Source: Mycoplasmatota bacterium (GTDB lineage Bacteria > Bacillota_I > Bacilli_A > MAG-NZ). From it: 64,000 nt of DNA. The notes under the pieces are model-generated. The model saw only the letters and a program-made list of their open reading frames with translations. It had not been told where the DNA came from and did not search any database. Numbering within the stretch: the stretch's first letter is position 1; each line of letters begins with the position of its first letter. The position numbers were made by a program, and so were the translations under genes. The stretch covers positions 372,001 through 436,000 of the forward strand of contig CP074575.1 of NCBI GenBank assembly GCA_018394315.1, in the 5' to 3' direction. Below, piece by piece: positions 28,091 through 38,311 of this stretch.

Positions 28091-29029
28091 CTAATTCCCT
28101 CTTATATCCTCAGCAATTTCCTTGATTTTTCTGAATCTATGGTTCAATCCAGATTTAGTAATATCTTTGCCTATTACTTCCGCTCCTATTTCAAGCAACT
28201 CATTTAGTGAAGCTTCTGGATTTTCTTTCCTTAATATTGCCGCTTCTCTTAATTTTTCTGTTAAATTTTCAAGACCAATTGTACTTTCAATATAATCAAT
28301 ATCATCAATTTGCTTTTTAGCTGTAGAAATCACTCTTTTTTGATTAGCAATATCACAATTATTCATTCTATTAATTGAATTATTTATATCACGGTAAATT
28401 CTAATATCTTCATAAAACATTACAGAGCCATATGCTTCTATTAACTTTAAAAAATCGGAGATTTTCTCTGCTTCCTTTAAATAAATCATATAGCCTTTAT
28501 TCCTAGTGATCATCTTTGCATTATAGTGAAATGAATTAATCAAATACAGTACTTCTTTAGCATGTGTTTCGCTTTTAATTAGTAATTCTAAGTGGTAAAG
28601 AGATGTTCTAGGATTATTAATGGAACCACAAGAAATAAAAACACCGCGTAAATACGCTCTCTTACAACAATCACTTTTAATTAATTCCAATGGAATGTTA
28701 TTTACTGGTGTTAGCCCTTCCATTAATTCTAATTCTCTAATTATTAAATCAATATTATTTATTATTCTTACTATATAAAGATTGCGTCTATTAAGTCTTC
28801 TTTGCTTTTTGGTTATTAATTCAATATCAGATTGATAAACACTCTTAAGAAGAATAACAACCCTTTTAGCAATAGTGGGGTTTTGTGTATGATAGTCAAT
28901 TTTCATACCATTACTAGAAATGAATATCTCACCATTGCTTCGTAAAAGTGCTGATAATTCAGCTAATTGGCAACAATTATCACCTAATACTTTTGTTAAC
29001 TCTTTTTTTACGTCAGCAGCAAAACTCAT
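28091..29029 (-). CDS. whiA: DNA-binding protein WhiA
   Basis: MSFAADVKKEL, AYLRGVF..GS.NNP..YHLE, NRMNNCDIAN, TKSGLNHR motifs. Confidence 0.95.
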   Translation of the reverse strand: MSFAADVKKELTKVLGDNCCQLAELSALLRSNGEIFISSNGMKIDYHTQNPTIAKRVVILLKSVYQSDIELITKKQRRLNRRNLYIVRIINNIDLIIRELELMEGLTPVNNIPLELIKSDCCKRAYLRGVFISCGSINNPRTSLYHLELLIKSETHAKEVLYLINSFHYNAKMITRNKGYMIYLKEAEKISDFLKLIEAYGSVMFYEDIRIYRDINNSINRMNNCDIANQKRVISTAKKQIDDIDYIESTIGLENLTEKLREAAILRKENPEASLNELLEIGAEVIGKDITKSGLNHRFRKIKEIAEDIRGN

Positions 29030-29038
29030 ACTTACCCC

Positions 29039-29950
29039 TTAATTCAAATCTTCAATATATTTTCCCGCTTGCATAGCTGCGATAGCACCATCATTTGTAG
29101 CAGTCGCAATTTGTCTTAGATTTTTAACAATCACATCTCCTGCAGCATAAATACCTTTAACTCTAGTTTCCATAAATTCATTAGTCTTAATATAACCAGA
29201 ATCGTCTAGGATTCCTAAATTCTTAAAACTATTAGTTTTGGGATTAAACCCAACGAATATAAAAGCTCCATCAAACTTAATCTCTGATTTTTCTTTAGTT
29301 ATATTATTTATAATTCGAGCTCCAGAAATTTTACCGTCACCAATAAATGATTCTACTGATGTATTCTTAACAATCTCTATATTATCGTACTTCTTAGTCT
29401 TATCAATATAAGTAGCGTTAGCTCTTAACTCTCTTCTAGCTAATACTTTAACACTTTTTGCTAACCCCGATAAATATATCGCTTCTTCAATGGCACTATT
29501 TCCTCCACCGATAACTAAAACATCTTTATCCTTATAAAGTGGTCCATCACAAATTGCACACCAAGAAATCCCGTTTCCCGCAAATTTTTCTTCATTTTCC
29601 GCACCTAGACTTCTTGGAACAGTTCCGGTTGCTATAATAATAGCTTTTCCTTCGTACTCATTATCAGTTGTTTTTACTATCTTTATTTCGCCATCTATTA
29701 TTTCAGTTACTTCGCCGTATCGATACTCTACCCCTAATTCTTGAGTATGATTAAACATCTTCAATGCTAAATCTGCCCCAGATAATTTCCCAAAACCGAT
29801 ATAGTTTTCCACTTCAGAAGTGTTAACCATTTGTCCTCCTGGAGCACCCTTTTCTAACATTAATACATTTAATCCTGCTCGATTAGCATAAATAGCGGCG
29901 TTCATACCCGCTGGTCCCGCACCAATTACAATAACATCATAATTATTCAT
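29039..29950 (-). CDS. trxB: Thioredoxin reductase (start moved to 29950)
   Basis: GAGPAG, CAICDG active site, GGGNSA, RQIATA. Confidence 0.95.
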   Translation of the reverse strand: MNNYDVIVIGAGPAGMNAAIYANRAGLNVLMLEKGAPGGQMVNTSEVENYIGFGKLSGADLALKMFNHTQELGVEYRYGEVTEIIDGEIKIVKTTDNEYEGKAIIIATGTVPRSLGAENEEKFAGNGISWCAICDGPLYKDKDVLVIGGGNSAIEEAIYLSGLAKSVKVLARRELRANATYIDKTKKYDNIEIVKNTSVESFIGDGKISGARIINNITKEKSEIKFDGAFIFVGFNPKTNSFKNLGILDDSGYIKTNEFMETRVKGIYAAGDVIVKNLRQIATATNDGAIAAMQAGKYIEDLN

Positions 29951-30809
29951 CAATTTCACCTTCAACAAATTCTAAATAACTAACTGGATAGATTTCTTTT
30001 TTTCTTCTGTAAACGAACCAAGCAATACCAATACCTGCAAGAACAAGTGATATCATTCTAGCTACTTGAATCGGTCCAGACATTAAACTATCAGTTCTCA
30101 TATCTTCAATAAAGAATCTACCTAATGAATACCAAACAAGATAGAATGATAAAGCGTCTCCAATCCAGTACTTTCTAATTTTTCTTAATACAAAGAACAT
30201 AATAACAAATCCTAGCACATTCCATAATGACTCATATAAGAATGTTGGATGATAATAATCAAGTCCCTCAGGACCATATAAATACATTTGATTAACAATG
30301 AATTTAGGCAAATGTAAAGTTTGCTCTAAAAAAGCCCTTCTAGCATCTAAACTAGCTCCAGGAACTAATCCACCATGTGCTTCTTGGTTAAAGAAGTTCC
30401 CCCATCTACCAAAACCTTGTGCTAGAAGAAATCCTGGTACAAGCAATTCAATATATTTAAATATATTTAAGTTTCTCTTTTTTACATAAAAATATAAGAA
30501 AATACCTACAGCCAAAATTGTTCCGTGAATTGCTAATCCACCATTCCAAATATATAAAGCTGTTATTACATTATCCTTATATTCACTCCATTCAAATATA
30601 ACATAATATAACCTAGCTCCTAAAATCCCATAAATTAAACCATAAATGAATCCGTCTGATAAATCATCTGGATTAAGTCTTAGTTTAGTCACTTCCCTAT
30701 AAGCTAACCATAAAGCTGTTAAAATCCCTATTAAAATTGCCAGAGCATAAAACTGAATTGATAATCTCCCAATCCCTATTGAATCTCTTAATGGATCAAA
30801 TACATGCAT
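29943..30809 (-). CDS. lgt: Prolipoprotein diacylglyceryl transferase
   Basis: GARLYYV, GGLAIHG, GRWGNFFNQE, HPTFLYES motifs. Confidence 0.97.
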   Translation of the reverse strand: MHVFDPLRDSIGIGRLSIQFYALAILIGILTALWLAYREVTKLRLNPDDLSDGFIYGLIYGILGARLYYVIFEWSEYKDNVITALYIWNGGLAIHGTILAVGIFLYFYVKKRNLNIFKYIELLVPGFLLAQGFGRWGNFFNQEAHGGLVPGASLDARRAFLEQTLHLPKFIVNQMYLYGPEGLDYYHPTFLYESLWNVLGFVIMFFVLRKIRKYWIGDALSFYLVWYSLGRFFIEDMRTDSLMSGPIQVARMISLVLAGIGIAWFVYRRKKEIYPVSYLEFVEGEIDE

Positions 30810-31315
30810 TATTTACCCTCCTTTTTTCTAAACATCTTATTAAATCTATATCTATGTATTGCGTTCAATAAAAGAACTGTAATCACTTTTCTTACTATCA
30901 TGAAGACAATAGTAAATCCAATCAGAGTTTCAGTCGTTTTAAATTCAATCAACCCTTCAACCATCAAAAAACCTAGTCCCATAGAAATTAGTATTGGAAA
31001 TATAAACAAACTACCAAAACTCATCAATATATACTTAGTAAATTTAGCTGCAGTAATCTGTGAAAGAATATTTTCAAAGATACTAAACCACGCTGCAAAT
31101 AACACTATACTATATACCGAATCGTAATATGCAATATTGGTATAAAAGAGAATTGAAATAAATAGACCAATATTGATTAATAATTTTATGAAATAATTGA
31201 TATATTGATTGTTAGAATAATTACTTGAAAGATTTATCACAATCTTACGAGTAATTATCTTTTTCTTCGTCTCATCTTGTTCATCTTGATTATTTTTTTT
31301 GCCGTCATCTCTCAA
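30809..31315 (-). CDS. 4-TM membrane protein, YvlD/phage-holin-family-like
   Basis: Four hydrophobic helices; position between uvrA and lgt as for Bacillus yvlD. Confidence 0.5.
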   Translation of the reverse strand: MRDDGKKNNQDEQDETKKKIITRKIVINLSSNYSNNQYINYFIKLLINIGLFISILFYTNIAYYDSVYSIVLFAAWFSIFENILSQITAAKFTKYILMSFGSLFIFPILISMGLGFLMVEGLIEFKTTETLIGFTIVFMIVRKVITVLLLNAIHRYRFNKMFRKKEGK

Positions 31316-31317
31316 GA

Positions 31318-34140
31318 TTATCCCTCCTTAAGTATTTTCTTTAAATATTGTCCAGTATACGATTGGTCACATTTAGCAATCTCTTCAGGAGTCCCTTTAG
31401 CTATAATATTACCACCTAAATCTCCGCCTTCTGGACCTAAATCTATAATATGATCAGCAACTTTAACCACATCTAAGTTGTGCTCGATAATTACTACACT
31501 CGCTCCACTTTCAACTATTGTATTCAATACACTTAGTAATCTTTTAACATCATCGGCATGTAATCCTGTTGTTGGCTCATCCAAAATATATAGTGTCTTA
31601 TCGGTAATACGTTTATGAAGTTCACTTGCAAGCTTAACTCTTTGTGCCTCTCCACCTGACAAGGTTGTGGCACTTTGACCAAGTTTTATATAACCAAGTC
31701 CTACTTGTTCAATTGTAACTAATTTACGATGAATAGCAGGTATTTTCTCAAAGAACTTAACTGCATTTGAAATAGTCATGTCTAAAATATCTGCAATATT
31801 TTTTCCTTTATACTTAACTTCTAACGTTTCAGAGTTATACCTCTTCCCACCGCACACATCACAAGGTACATACACATCTGGCAAGAAATGCATTTCAATT
31901 TTAAGTAGTCCATCACCACGGCATGACTCGCATCTACCGCCTTTAACATTAAAGGAGAATCTTCCTTTTAAATACCCTCTTAGTTTTGCTTCATTAGTTC
32001 TAGCATATAAATCTCTTATATCGTCAAACACCCCAGTATAAGTAGCAGGATTACTTCTAGGAGTTCTACCGATAGGTGATTGATCAATATCAATTACTTT
32101 TTCAATATTATCAATACCAATAATCTCTTTATGCTTTCCTGGTAAATCTTTTCTTTTGTAAATTTGTCTCGCTACACCCTTGTAAAGAATCTCATTAATT
32201 AATGAAGATTTACCACTACCAGATACCCCAGTAACAACCGTAAGTACTCCTAATGGAATTGTAACATTAATATTTTTAAGATTGTTTTCTTTTGCACCTT
32301 TTATTACTATTTTTTTGTTAGAGAGTTTTCTTCTTTTACTAGGTATATCAATCTTCATTTCCTTAGATAAGTACTTTCCAGTAATACTATCTTTATTCTT
32401 CATTAATTGCTTAGGCGTACCTTCTGCTACTACTTCTCCACCATGAATTCCTGCATTAGGACCAATATCAATAATCCAATCTGCTTCCATCATTGTTTCT
32501 TCATCATGCTCCACTACAATTAAAGTGTTACCTAAATCTCTCATATGCTTTAGTGTCTTAATTAATTTATGATTATCTCTTTGATGTAAGCCTATTGATG
32601 GCTCATCTAAAACATATAATACACCTGATAACCTGCTTCCAATTTGAGTGGCTAATCTAATTCTTTGCGCTTCACCACCACTCAGGGTTCCTGCTCTTCT
32701 TTCTAAAGTTAAATAATCAAGTCCTACATCAACCAAGAAAGATAATCGTTCTTTAATTTCTTTTAGTATCATACTAGCTATTTTAGCTTGTAGATCATTT
32801 AACTCTAGGGTTTCAATAAAAGCAAGTGCATCTCTCGTTGACATTGATGTAAAATCATTAATATTAATGTCTCCAACTTTCACACTTAAAGCAGCAGTAG
32901 ATAATCTTTTACCCTTACAAACTGGGCAATCAGATTCTACTGAGTAATTATCTAGCCATCTCAATACCCAATTACTAGAAGTCTCTAGTTTACGTCTTTC
33001 TAAGTGATTAATTATTCCTTCAAAGTTTGATGTTTTTTCATGCTTAGCACCGCTTCTTGATTTTAACTTAAAGTTAATTAAGTCACTATGACCATAGAAT
33101 AATATATTTCTTTCCTTTTTAGTATACTCGCTTAATTTTCTTTTGGTATCAATATTAAAGTGTTTCATCGCAATATCTAGTTGCATACCAAACATCGATA
33201 ATCTATCAATCTCTGTACCCCAAGGTTTGAATGCCCCTTCAAACAATGTTTTATTAAAATCGATTGCCAAATCTAAACTGATTTCTGTATGCGTTCCAAT
33301 ACCTTTACACTCTGGACATGCTCCAAATGGGGAATTAAAAGAAAATAATCTAGGTTCTAATTCTGGTATCGTAAAATCACAATGAGGACAAGCGAATTTC
33401 TCACTAAATATCAAATCTACTTTTCCTATAGTTACATACACTAAACCTTCACTTAATTTTAAAGCTGTTTCTAGCGAATCATAAATCCTAGACCTATTAT
33501 TTGAACTTAATTTTAGTCTATCTATTAATACTTCAATGTTATGCTTCTTATTTTTCTCTAATTTAATCGGTTCAGAAAAGTCTACTTCTTCACTATTGAT
33601 TCTACCTCTTACATAACCCTCTTTAATTAGTTTCTCTATAACTTTAGCATGAGTCCCCTTTTGACCTTGTACAATAGGTGAATAAATAAATACTCTTGCT
33701 CCTTCTTCATGCTCATAAATTTTGTTTATCATCTGATCAACATTTTGAGAAGCAATCGGCTCGTGGTGAGTCGGACAATAAGGTATTCCTATTCTTGCAT
33801 ATAATAAACGCAAATAATCATACACTTCAGTTACAGTTCCGACAGTAGAGCGAGGGTTTTTACTAGTAGTCTTTTGATCAATACTAATAGCTGGTGACAA
33901 CCCTTCAATTTGATCAACATCAGGTTTATCCATATTCCCTAGAAATTGTCTTGCATAAGCACTTAGACTCTCAACATATCTTCTTTGTCCCTCAGCGTAC
34001 ACCGTATCAAATGCTAAAGAGGACTTTCCACTTCCAGATAGACCAGTCATAACTACAAATTTATATCTAGGTATCAGTACATCAATATCTTTTAAATTGT
34101 TTTCTCTAGCACCTTTTACGGTTATATATTTTTGTTCCAT
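31318..34140 (-). CDS. uvrA: Excinuclease ABC subunit A
   Basis: Two Walker A (GLSGSGKSS, GVSGSGKSS), LSGGEAQR signatures, Zn fingers. Confidence 0.98.
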   Translation of the reverse strand: MEQKYITVKGARENNLKDIDVLIPRYKFVVMTGLSGSGKSSLAFDTVYAEGQRRYVESLSAYARQFLGNMDKPDVDQIEGLSPAISIDQKTTSKNPRSTVGTVTEVYDYLRLLYARIGIPYCPTHHEPIASQNVDQMINKIYEHEEGARVFIYSPIVQGQKGTHAKVIEKLIKEGYVRGRINSEEVDFSEPIKLEKNKKHNIEVLIDRLKLSSNNRSRIYDSLETALKLSEGLVYVTIGKVDLIFSEKFACPHCDFTIPELEPRLFSFNSPFGACPECKGIGTHTEISLDLAIDFNKTLFEGAFKPWGTEIDRLSMFGMQLDIAMKHFNIDTKRKLSEYTKKERNILFYGHSDLINFKLKSRSGAKHEKTSNFEGIINHLERRKLETSSNWVLRWLDNYSVESDCPVCKGKRLSTAALSVKVGDININDFTSMSTRDALAFIETLELNDLQAKIASMILKEIKERLSFLVDVGLDYLTLERRAGTLSGGEAQRIRLATQIGSRLSGVLYVLDEPSIGLHQRDNHKLIKTLKHMRDLGNTLIVVEHDEETMMEADWIIDIGPNAGIHGGEVVAEGTPKQLMKNKDSITGKYLSKEMKIDIPSKRRKLSNKKIVIKGAKENNLKNINVTIPLGVLTVVTGVSGSGKSSLINEILYKGVARQIYKRKDLPGKHKEIIGIDNIEKVIDIDQSPIGRTPRSNPATYTGVFDDIRDLYARTNEAKLRGYLKGRFSFNVKGGRCESCRGDGLLKIEMHFLPDVYVPCDVCGGKRYNSETLEVKYKGKNIADILDMTISNAVKFFEKIPAIHRKLVTIEQVGLGYIKLGQSATTLSGGEAQRVKLASELHKRITDKTLYILDEPTTGLHADDVKRLLSVLNTIVESGASVVIIEHNLDVVKVADHIIDLGPEGGDLGGNIIAKGTPEEIAKCDQSYTGQYLKKILKEG

Positions 34141-34141
34141 A

Positions 34142-34690
34142 TTATTCTCCTAAAACTATTTCACATTCTTCTTTAATATTTAATTCAGTAAAATACTTGT
34201 TTTCTAATGGTATCCATTCATTTATGAATTTAGATAACATATGTTCCCCATTACGTTTCTTAATTCTCTCTATTTGTAATTTATCATCAATATCTATAAA
34301 GATAGATAGATCATAAAACTTTCTAAACTCAGGTCGCATTGAATACGCGCCCTCAATGATGATCAACTTATTCATCCTTCTTGAATCTTTATAGTAAACT
34401 CCATCTCTACAATCAAATCTACGAAATTCGATAATATCAGCAGCTAACTTTAGAAATACCTCTTCATATATTCTTTCATAATCAACATTTCCACCTGGTT
34501 CGCTCATTCTATCCAGAGTCTTTCTTTCAAAGGGTAAAAAATAATCATCCATATGGAATACGGTTCCGTTATATTTTTCTTTTAACTTATTAGCTAAAGT
34601 GGATTTTCCAGAAGCACATTTACCATCGATTGCAACTATAACTCTATCCTTTGAATTCAGTAAACTCCCTACTCTAGAATAAAGCTGCAT
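34142..34690 (-). CDS. Uridine-kinase-like P-loop protein (start moved to ATG 34690)
   Basis: AIDGKCASGKST, FHMDDYF, IEGAYS, WIPLE; GGAGG before ATG 34690. Confidence 0.82.
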   Translation of the reverse strand: MQLYSRVGSLLNSKDRVIVAIDGKCASGKSTLANKLKEKYNGTVFHMDDYFLPFERKTLDRMSEPGGNVDYERIYEEVFLKLAADIIEFRRFDCRDGVYYKDSRRMNKLIIIEGAYSMRPEFRKFYDLSIFIDIDDKLQIERIKKRNGEHMLSKFINEWIPLENKYFTELNIKEECEIVLGE

Positions 34691-35243
34691 CTTGAGCCTC
34701 CAAAACAACGTCACACGCTTCCTTTAAATTATAATGATCTATATACTCGTTTTCTAATGGTATCCATTTTTTAATATAATCTTTAACTCCCTCAATACCT
34801 TCTCTTTTAGTTAATCTTTCAATCTGGTGACTAGGATCAATACCAAGGAATATTTTCAAATCATAATACTTTCTAAATTCGGGTCGCATTGAATATGCAC
34901 CTTCAATGATAACAAGCTTTTTCAATTCTTTTTCCATAGGGTAATATTCTAGCGTGATATCACTGTATCTTTTATAGGAAACTTTATCTTGATCTAGTTT
35001 CTCATGAATTTCTGAAAGAACCCTATCGTAGTCAACATTACACCCTGGTTCACTCATTCTTTCAGGTGTTTTCTGCTCAATTGGTAAGTAGAACCAATCC
35101 ATTTGAAATACTGTTGCATCATACTTTTCTTCCAAGTGTTTTGAGAAAGTTGTTTTACCAGATCCACACATGCCATCAATTGCTACAATAACACGGTCCT
35201 TTTCACTCATTAATTTTTCGATTGCTTTATAAACTCTTTCCAT
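34674..35243 (-). CDS. Uridine-kinase-like P-loop protein, tandem paralog
   Basis: AIDGMCGSGKTT, IEGAYSMRPEFRK, WIPLEN shared with neighbour. Confidence 0.82.
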   Translation of the reverse strand: MERVYKAIEKLMSEKDRVIVAIDGMCGSGKTTFSKHLEEKYDATVFQMDWFYLPIEQKTPERMSEPGCNVDYDRVLSEIHEKLDQDKVSYKRYSDITLEYYPMEKELKKLVIIEGAYSMRPEFRKYYDLKIFLGIDPSHQIERLTKREGIEGVKDYIKKWIPLENEYIDHYNLKEACDVVLEAQDAALF

Positions 35244-35317
35244 ATCCTTCTAAGATGAATACATCTTGCCTTTCTATAAATAGCGTATAACCACTACCTT
35301 TTATTCTAACACATTTA

Positions 35318-36082
35318 TTATAAATAACTACTAACTCGCTTAATAAAATTATCCCACCCATACCTATCATAAATATCATGTGGGCAATACTTCCCGCTTG
35401 CATGATTATGAGTTACAACATTTTCAAGAGGAATATTATGCTCATTTATCAAATAGGCAGTCAATTTCGCTGCATTATCAATAGCTTTATCTTTTACCAG
35501 ATCATCGTGATTAGTACTCTTAGCAATTTCAATTCCTATGGATTTTCTATTATAAGAACTGATTTCTTTGCCGTCTCCTGCATGCCAACCATTAACGATA
35601 ACAGGCAACGCTTGCCAAATTTCTTCATCATCAACAGCAAAGTGAAAGGATGTAAATGTATTATTCTGACTAGAATGCAAATAGTCAATTTCATCATAAG
35701 AACTAGCACTATTAGCCGTATTATGAATCACTATATACTTAGGTCTCATATAATTACCATATTTATCACTTTTGCTATCTAGAAAGTATTTATTGATATT
35801 AATATTAATATTTTTATTTCTTTTTACTATTTCTTCGGTTTCTAATTCGCTAGAAGCGCTGGATCCATCAATACTTAAAGTGATGGTCATCATCACCACT
35901 CCTTGAATCACTACTTTTATTACTTTTCCCTTAAAGCCTATTTTTCTTGAAAAAGTAATAATCTCTTTGTTAAGATTATTAATCTTCTTCTTAGCGTTAT
36001 TAAAAAATTCTTTTGAAATTTCAGAGTCAAAATCAACAAATATAAAAAGTTGATTTTCCTTAATAAGATATTTAACGTCCAT
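35318..36082 (-). CDS. N-acetylmuramoyl-L-alanine amidase (Amidase_2)
   Basis: IVIHNTAN, SFHFAVDD, GWHAGDG, SIGIEI, HNHASGKYCP. Confidence 0.92.
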   Translation of the reverse strand: MDVKYLIKENQLFIFVDFDSEISKEFFNNAKKKINNLNKEIITFSRKIGFKGKVIKVVIQGVVMMTITLSIDGSSASSELETEEIVKRNKNINININKYFLDSKSDKYGNYMRPKYIVIHNTANSASSYDEIDYLHSSQNNTFTSFHFAVDDEEIWQALPVIVNGWHAGDGKEISSYNRKSIGIEIAKSTNHDDLVKDKAIDNAAKLTAYLINEHNIPLENVVTHNHASGKYCPHDIYDRYGWDNFIKRVSSYL

Positions 36083-36171
36083 GCCTACACTCCTTTAGCC
36101 TTATCATTCCCAATAATTAGCAAATTAAAATGAGGTACGCAGAATAATTATACGTAACCTCACTTCTTGCT

Positions 36172-37365
36172 TTAATTAAGTAAAGAAATCAATCTTCTAA
36201 CAAAGATTACTCCTCCTAATAAGTCAGCAGAGCCTCCAGGACTAATACCCTTAAGAGAATACTCTTTATCTAATTTCTTTATTTTGCTGATATCTAAATC
36301 TAACATATCTGACGCATCATATTTTACTTTTTCTAATACGTCCAAATTATGTCTATAAAGAATTGTTGTATCATCGCAATCACTCATGATTCGAAATAAA
36401 ACTTTTAAATTATCTCCTTCAAGATTCTTAAATATTAAAGGAAATCCCTTTTCTGCTTCTCCTCTTACTCCAGTAATACCATATTTCAAATATACATCTT
36501 TTCCATGAGAATGATATTTACGTTCAAGTAATTCTTTACTAATATCTTTGAAAAGATATCTTATATTGTCCTGCCAATCAATAGAATTTTTAAGCGATTT
36601 GACAAAAGAAATAATCAGTGCTCCAATAATGAATATCCCACCCTTATGAGTATTGACACCATTAGTAGCTTTAAACATTTCTTCTTCCATTGATTTTCCG
36701 ATTTGCTTACATTCAGATAAATCAAGAGTAAAAGACCCTTTAACTATTTTCCTAAACCCATCTCTTAAACTTGCGATACTCTTAAGCATTAGCATATAAT
36801 CCATATCTTTATGCGCACCATTACTATTGGGTGTAACAAGGCCTGGTTTATTTAATAAATTTAGTTCTTCATGTAAACTCTCACATGCTATATCACTTAT
36901 ATAACTACTTAGGTATTCAACAAACATATGATAAATTCTTTGCTGAACTTCATACAAAGAGTGCTTTTCACTTCTAATACAATAATGCGCTATGTCATCA
37001 CAAATCAAACACTTTCTTTGGCTATAACCCAAATCAGTTCTAGATAATTGCTTAAAAGATTCATCATAAACATCAATATCAAGCAATCTACCTAAAGGAT
37101 GATTTTCTTCTATATTGATCATACGTTTCTTTAACTCAGAACTATCAAGATCAACAATACCCAGAAGAACTAAACCTTCCTTATCGTTAATTTCTACTTT
37201 ATGTTCGAAATCCCAATCTAAATCAATTAAATTATATATAGTGTTAACAATATAATTATTTTTAGATCCTGGGTAATTAATTCTAAAGACAACTAAAGGC
37301 ATGTTGAACTCACTAACTAATTCTTTTTGTAAATTAAATCTCTTTTCTCTAGCTTCTAAAATCAT
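36172..37365 (-). CDS. citXG: Fused CitX holo-ACP synthase / CitG triphosphoribosyl-dephospho-CoA synthase (start moved to 37365)
   Basis: ILEARE and GRLLDIDV (CitX); KPGLV, NTHKG and SPGGSADL (CitG). Confidence 0.9.
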   Translation of the reverse strand: MILEAREKRFNLQKELVSEFNMPLVVFRINYPGSKNNYIVNTIYNLIDLDWDFEHKVEINDKEGLVLLGIVDLDSSELKKRMINIEENHPLGRLLDIDVYDESFKQLSRTDLGYSQRKCLICDDIAHYCIRSEKHSLYEVQQRIYHMFVEYLSSYISDIACESLHEELNLLNKPGLVTPNSNGAHKDMDYMLMLKSIASLRDGFRKIVKGSFTLDLSECKQIGKSMEEEMFKATNGVNTHKGGIFIIGALIISFVKSLKNSIDWQDNIRYLFKDISKELLERKYHSHGKDVYLKYGITGVRGEAEKGFPLIFKNLEGDNLKVLFRIMSDCDDTTILYRHNLDVLEKVKYDASDMLDLDISKIKKLDKEYSLKGISPGGSADLLGGVIFVRRLISLLN

Positions 37366-38311
37366 TAAGCATCTCATATGTTTCTCTTGGAACATATTCC
37401 TTTATCAAATTAATATCGATTTTAAGAAGTTCTCTTACAATTGACGCACTAATGTACTTATCTTTCAATTTCTTTCTTTCAACTAAGATAACTTCAAACC
37501 CATCACTAAGCATTACTTTATTATAAGAATTAGTTACCGCACAAATCGGTTCTGTACCGATATACCTTTTTTTGATGTTAAATATTTTAACGAAATACTT
37601 CTTAAATATTTCAAAATCTATTTTAGCAAACAGTTCATTTATTAAGCCTTTGTCTTTTATGAAATATGTACTGAAAGTAGCTTTTGATATCATATATACA
37701 GTACTAGGTATTACAGTTACATTTGAAAAACGCTTTGCTACTCTTTTACATAACTCATATCTGAACTTGAAAGGAAACTCTGACTTATCTTCTTCAACTA
37801 CAAAAACTAAGACATTTTCATTTTCTTTAGATGCTTTCTCAATTAGATATAAATGTCCATTTGTTAATGGATTAAGATTCATCACAATAGATGCATATTC
37901 CTTATCGAGATGATATTTTTCCTTAATATCTAATAAATAATCACTTATATTATTTACTCCACCCTCGAATAAAGTAATTGAATCAACAGTTACAACTTCC
38001 TTCATTCCTAGACCAGTAAATATATCATAATTATCCTCTTTTGAATAAGCAAAATAGTGATAGATATCCTTTGTTTCTAAGTACTTTATTACCTTATTAA
38101 CCAATGCAGTAGCAACGCCCTTACCTTGATGTTTTTCTAAAACGCTTAAACATTTAATGATATTCCCACTTATTGAAACTGTTCCAATAATCTCTTTATC
38201 AACAGCAATTAAAGTTAAGTCTATATCATCATCAAAAGATAGGTTATTACTTTCTAAAATATCTTTAACAGCAATTAGTTGGTTTTCTAATACAGCTAAC
38301 TCAATATTCAT
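37349..38311 (-). CDS. citC: Citrate/citramalate lyase ligase
   Basis: N-terminal GNAT-like region; VMNLNPLTNGH, ISKATFSTYF, ISASIVR. Confidence 0.9.
   Translation of the reverse strand: MNIELAVLENQLIAVKDILESNNLSFDDDIDLTLIAVDKEIIGTVSISGNIIKCLSVLEKHQGKGVATALVNKVIKYLETKDIYHYFAYSKEDNYDIFTGLGMKEVVTVDSITLFEGGVNNISDYLLDIKEKYHLDKEYASIVMNLNPLTNGHLYLIEKASKENENVLVFVVEEDKSEFPFKFRYELCKRVAKRFSNVTVIPSTVYMISKATFSTYFIKDKGLINELFAKIDFEIFKKYFVKIFNIKKRYIGTEPICAVTNSYNKVMLSDGFEVILVERKKLKDKYISASIVRELLKIDINLIKEYVPRETYEMLNDFRS

Noticed and set aside
35256..35270. LexA box upstream of the uvrA operon
   Set aside because: gaatacatcttg is too far from GAAC-N4-GTTC.
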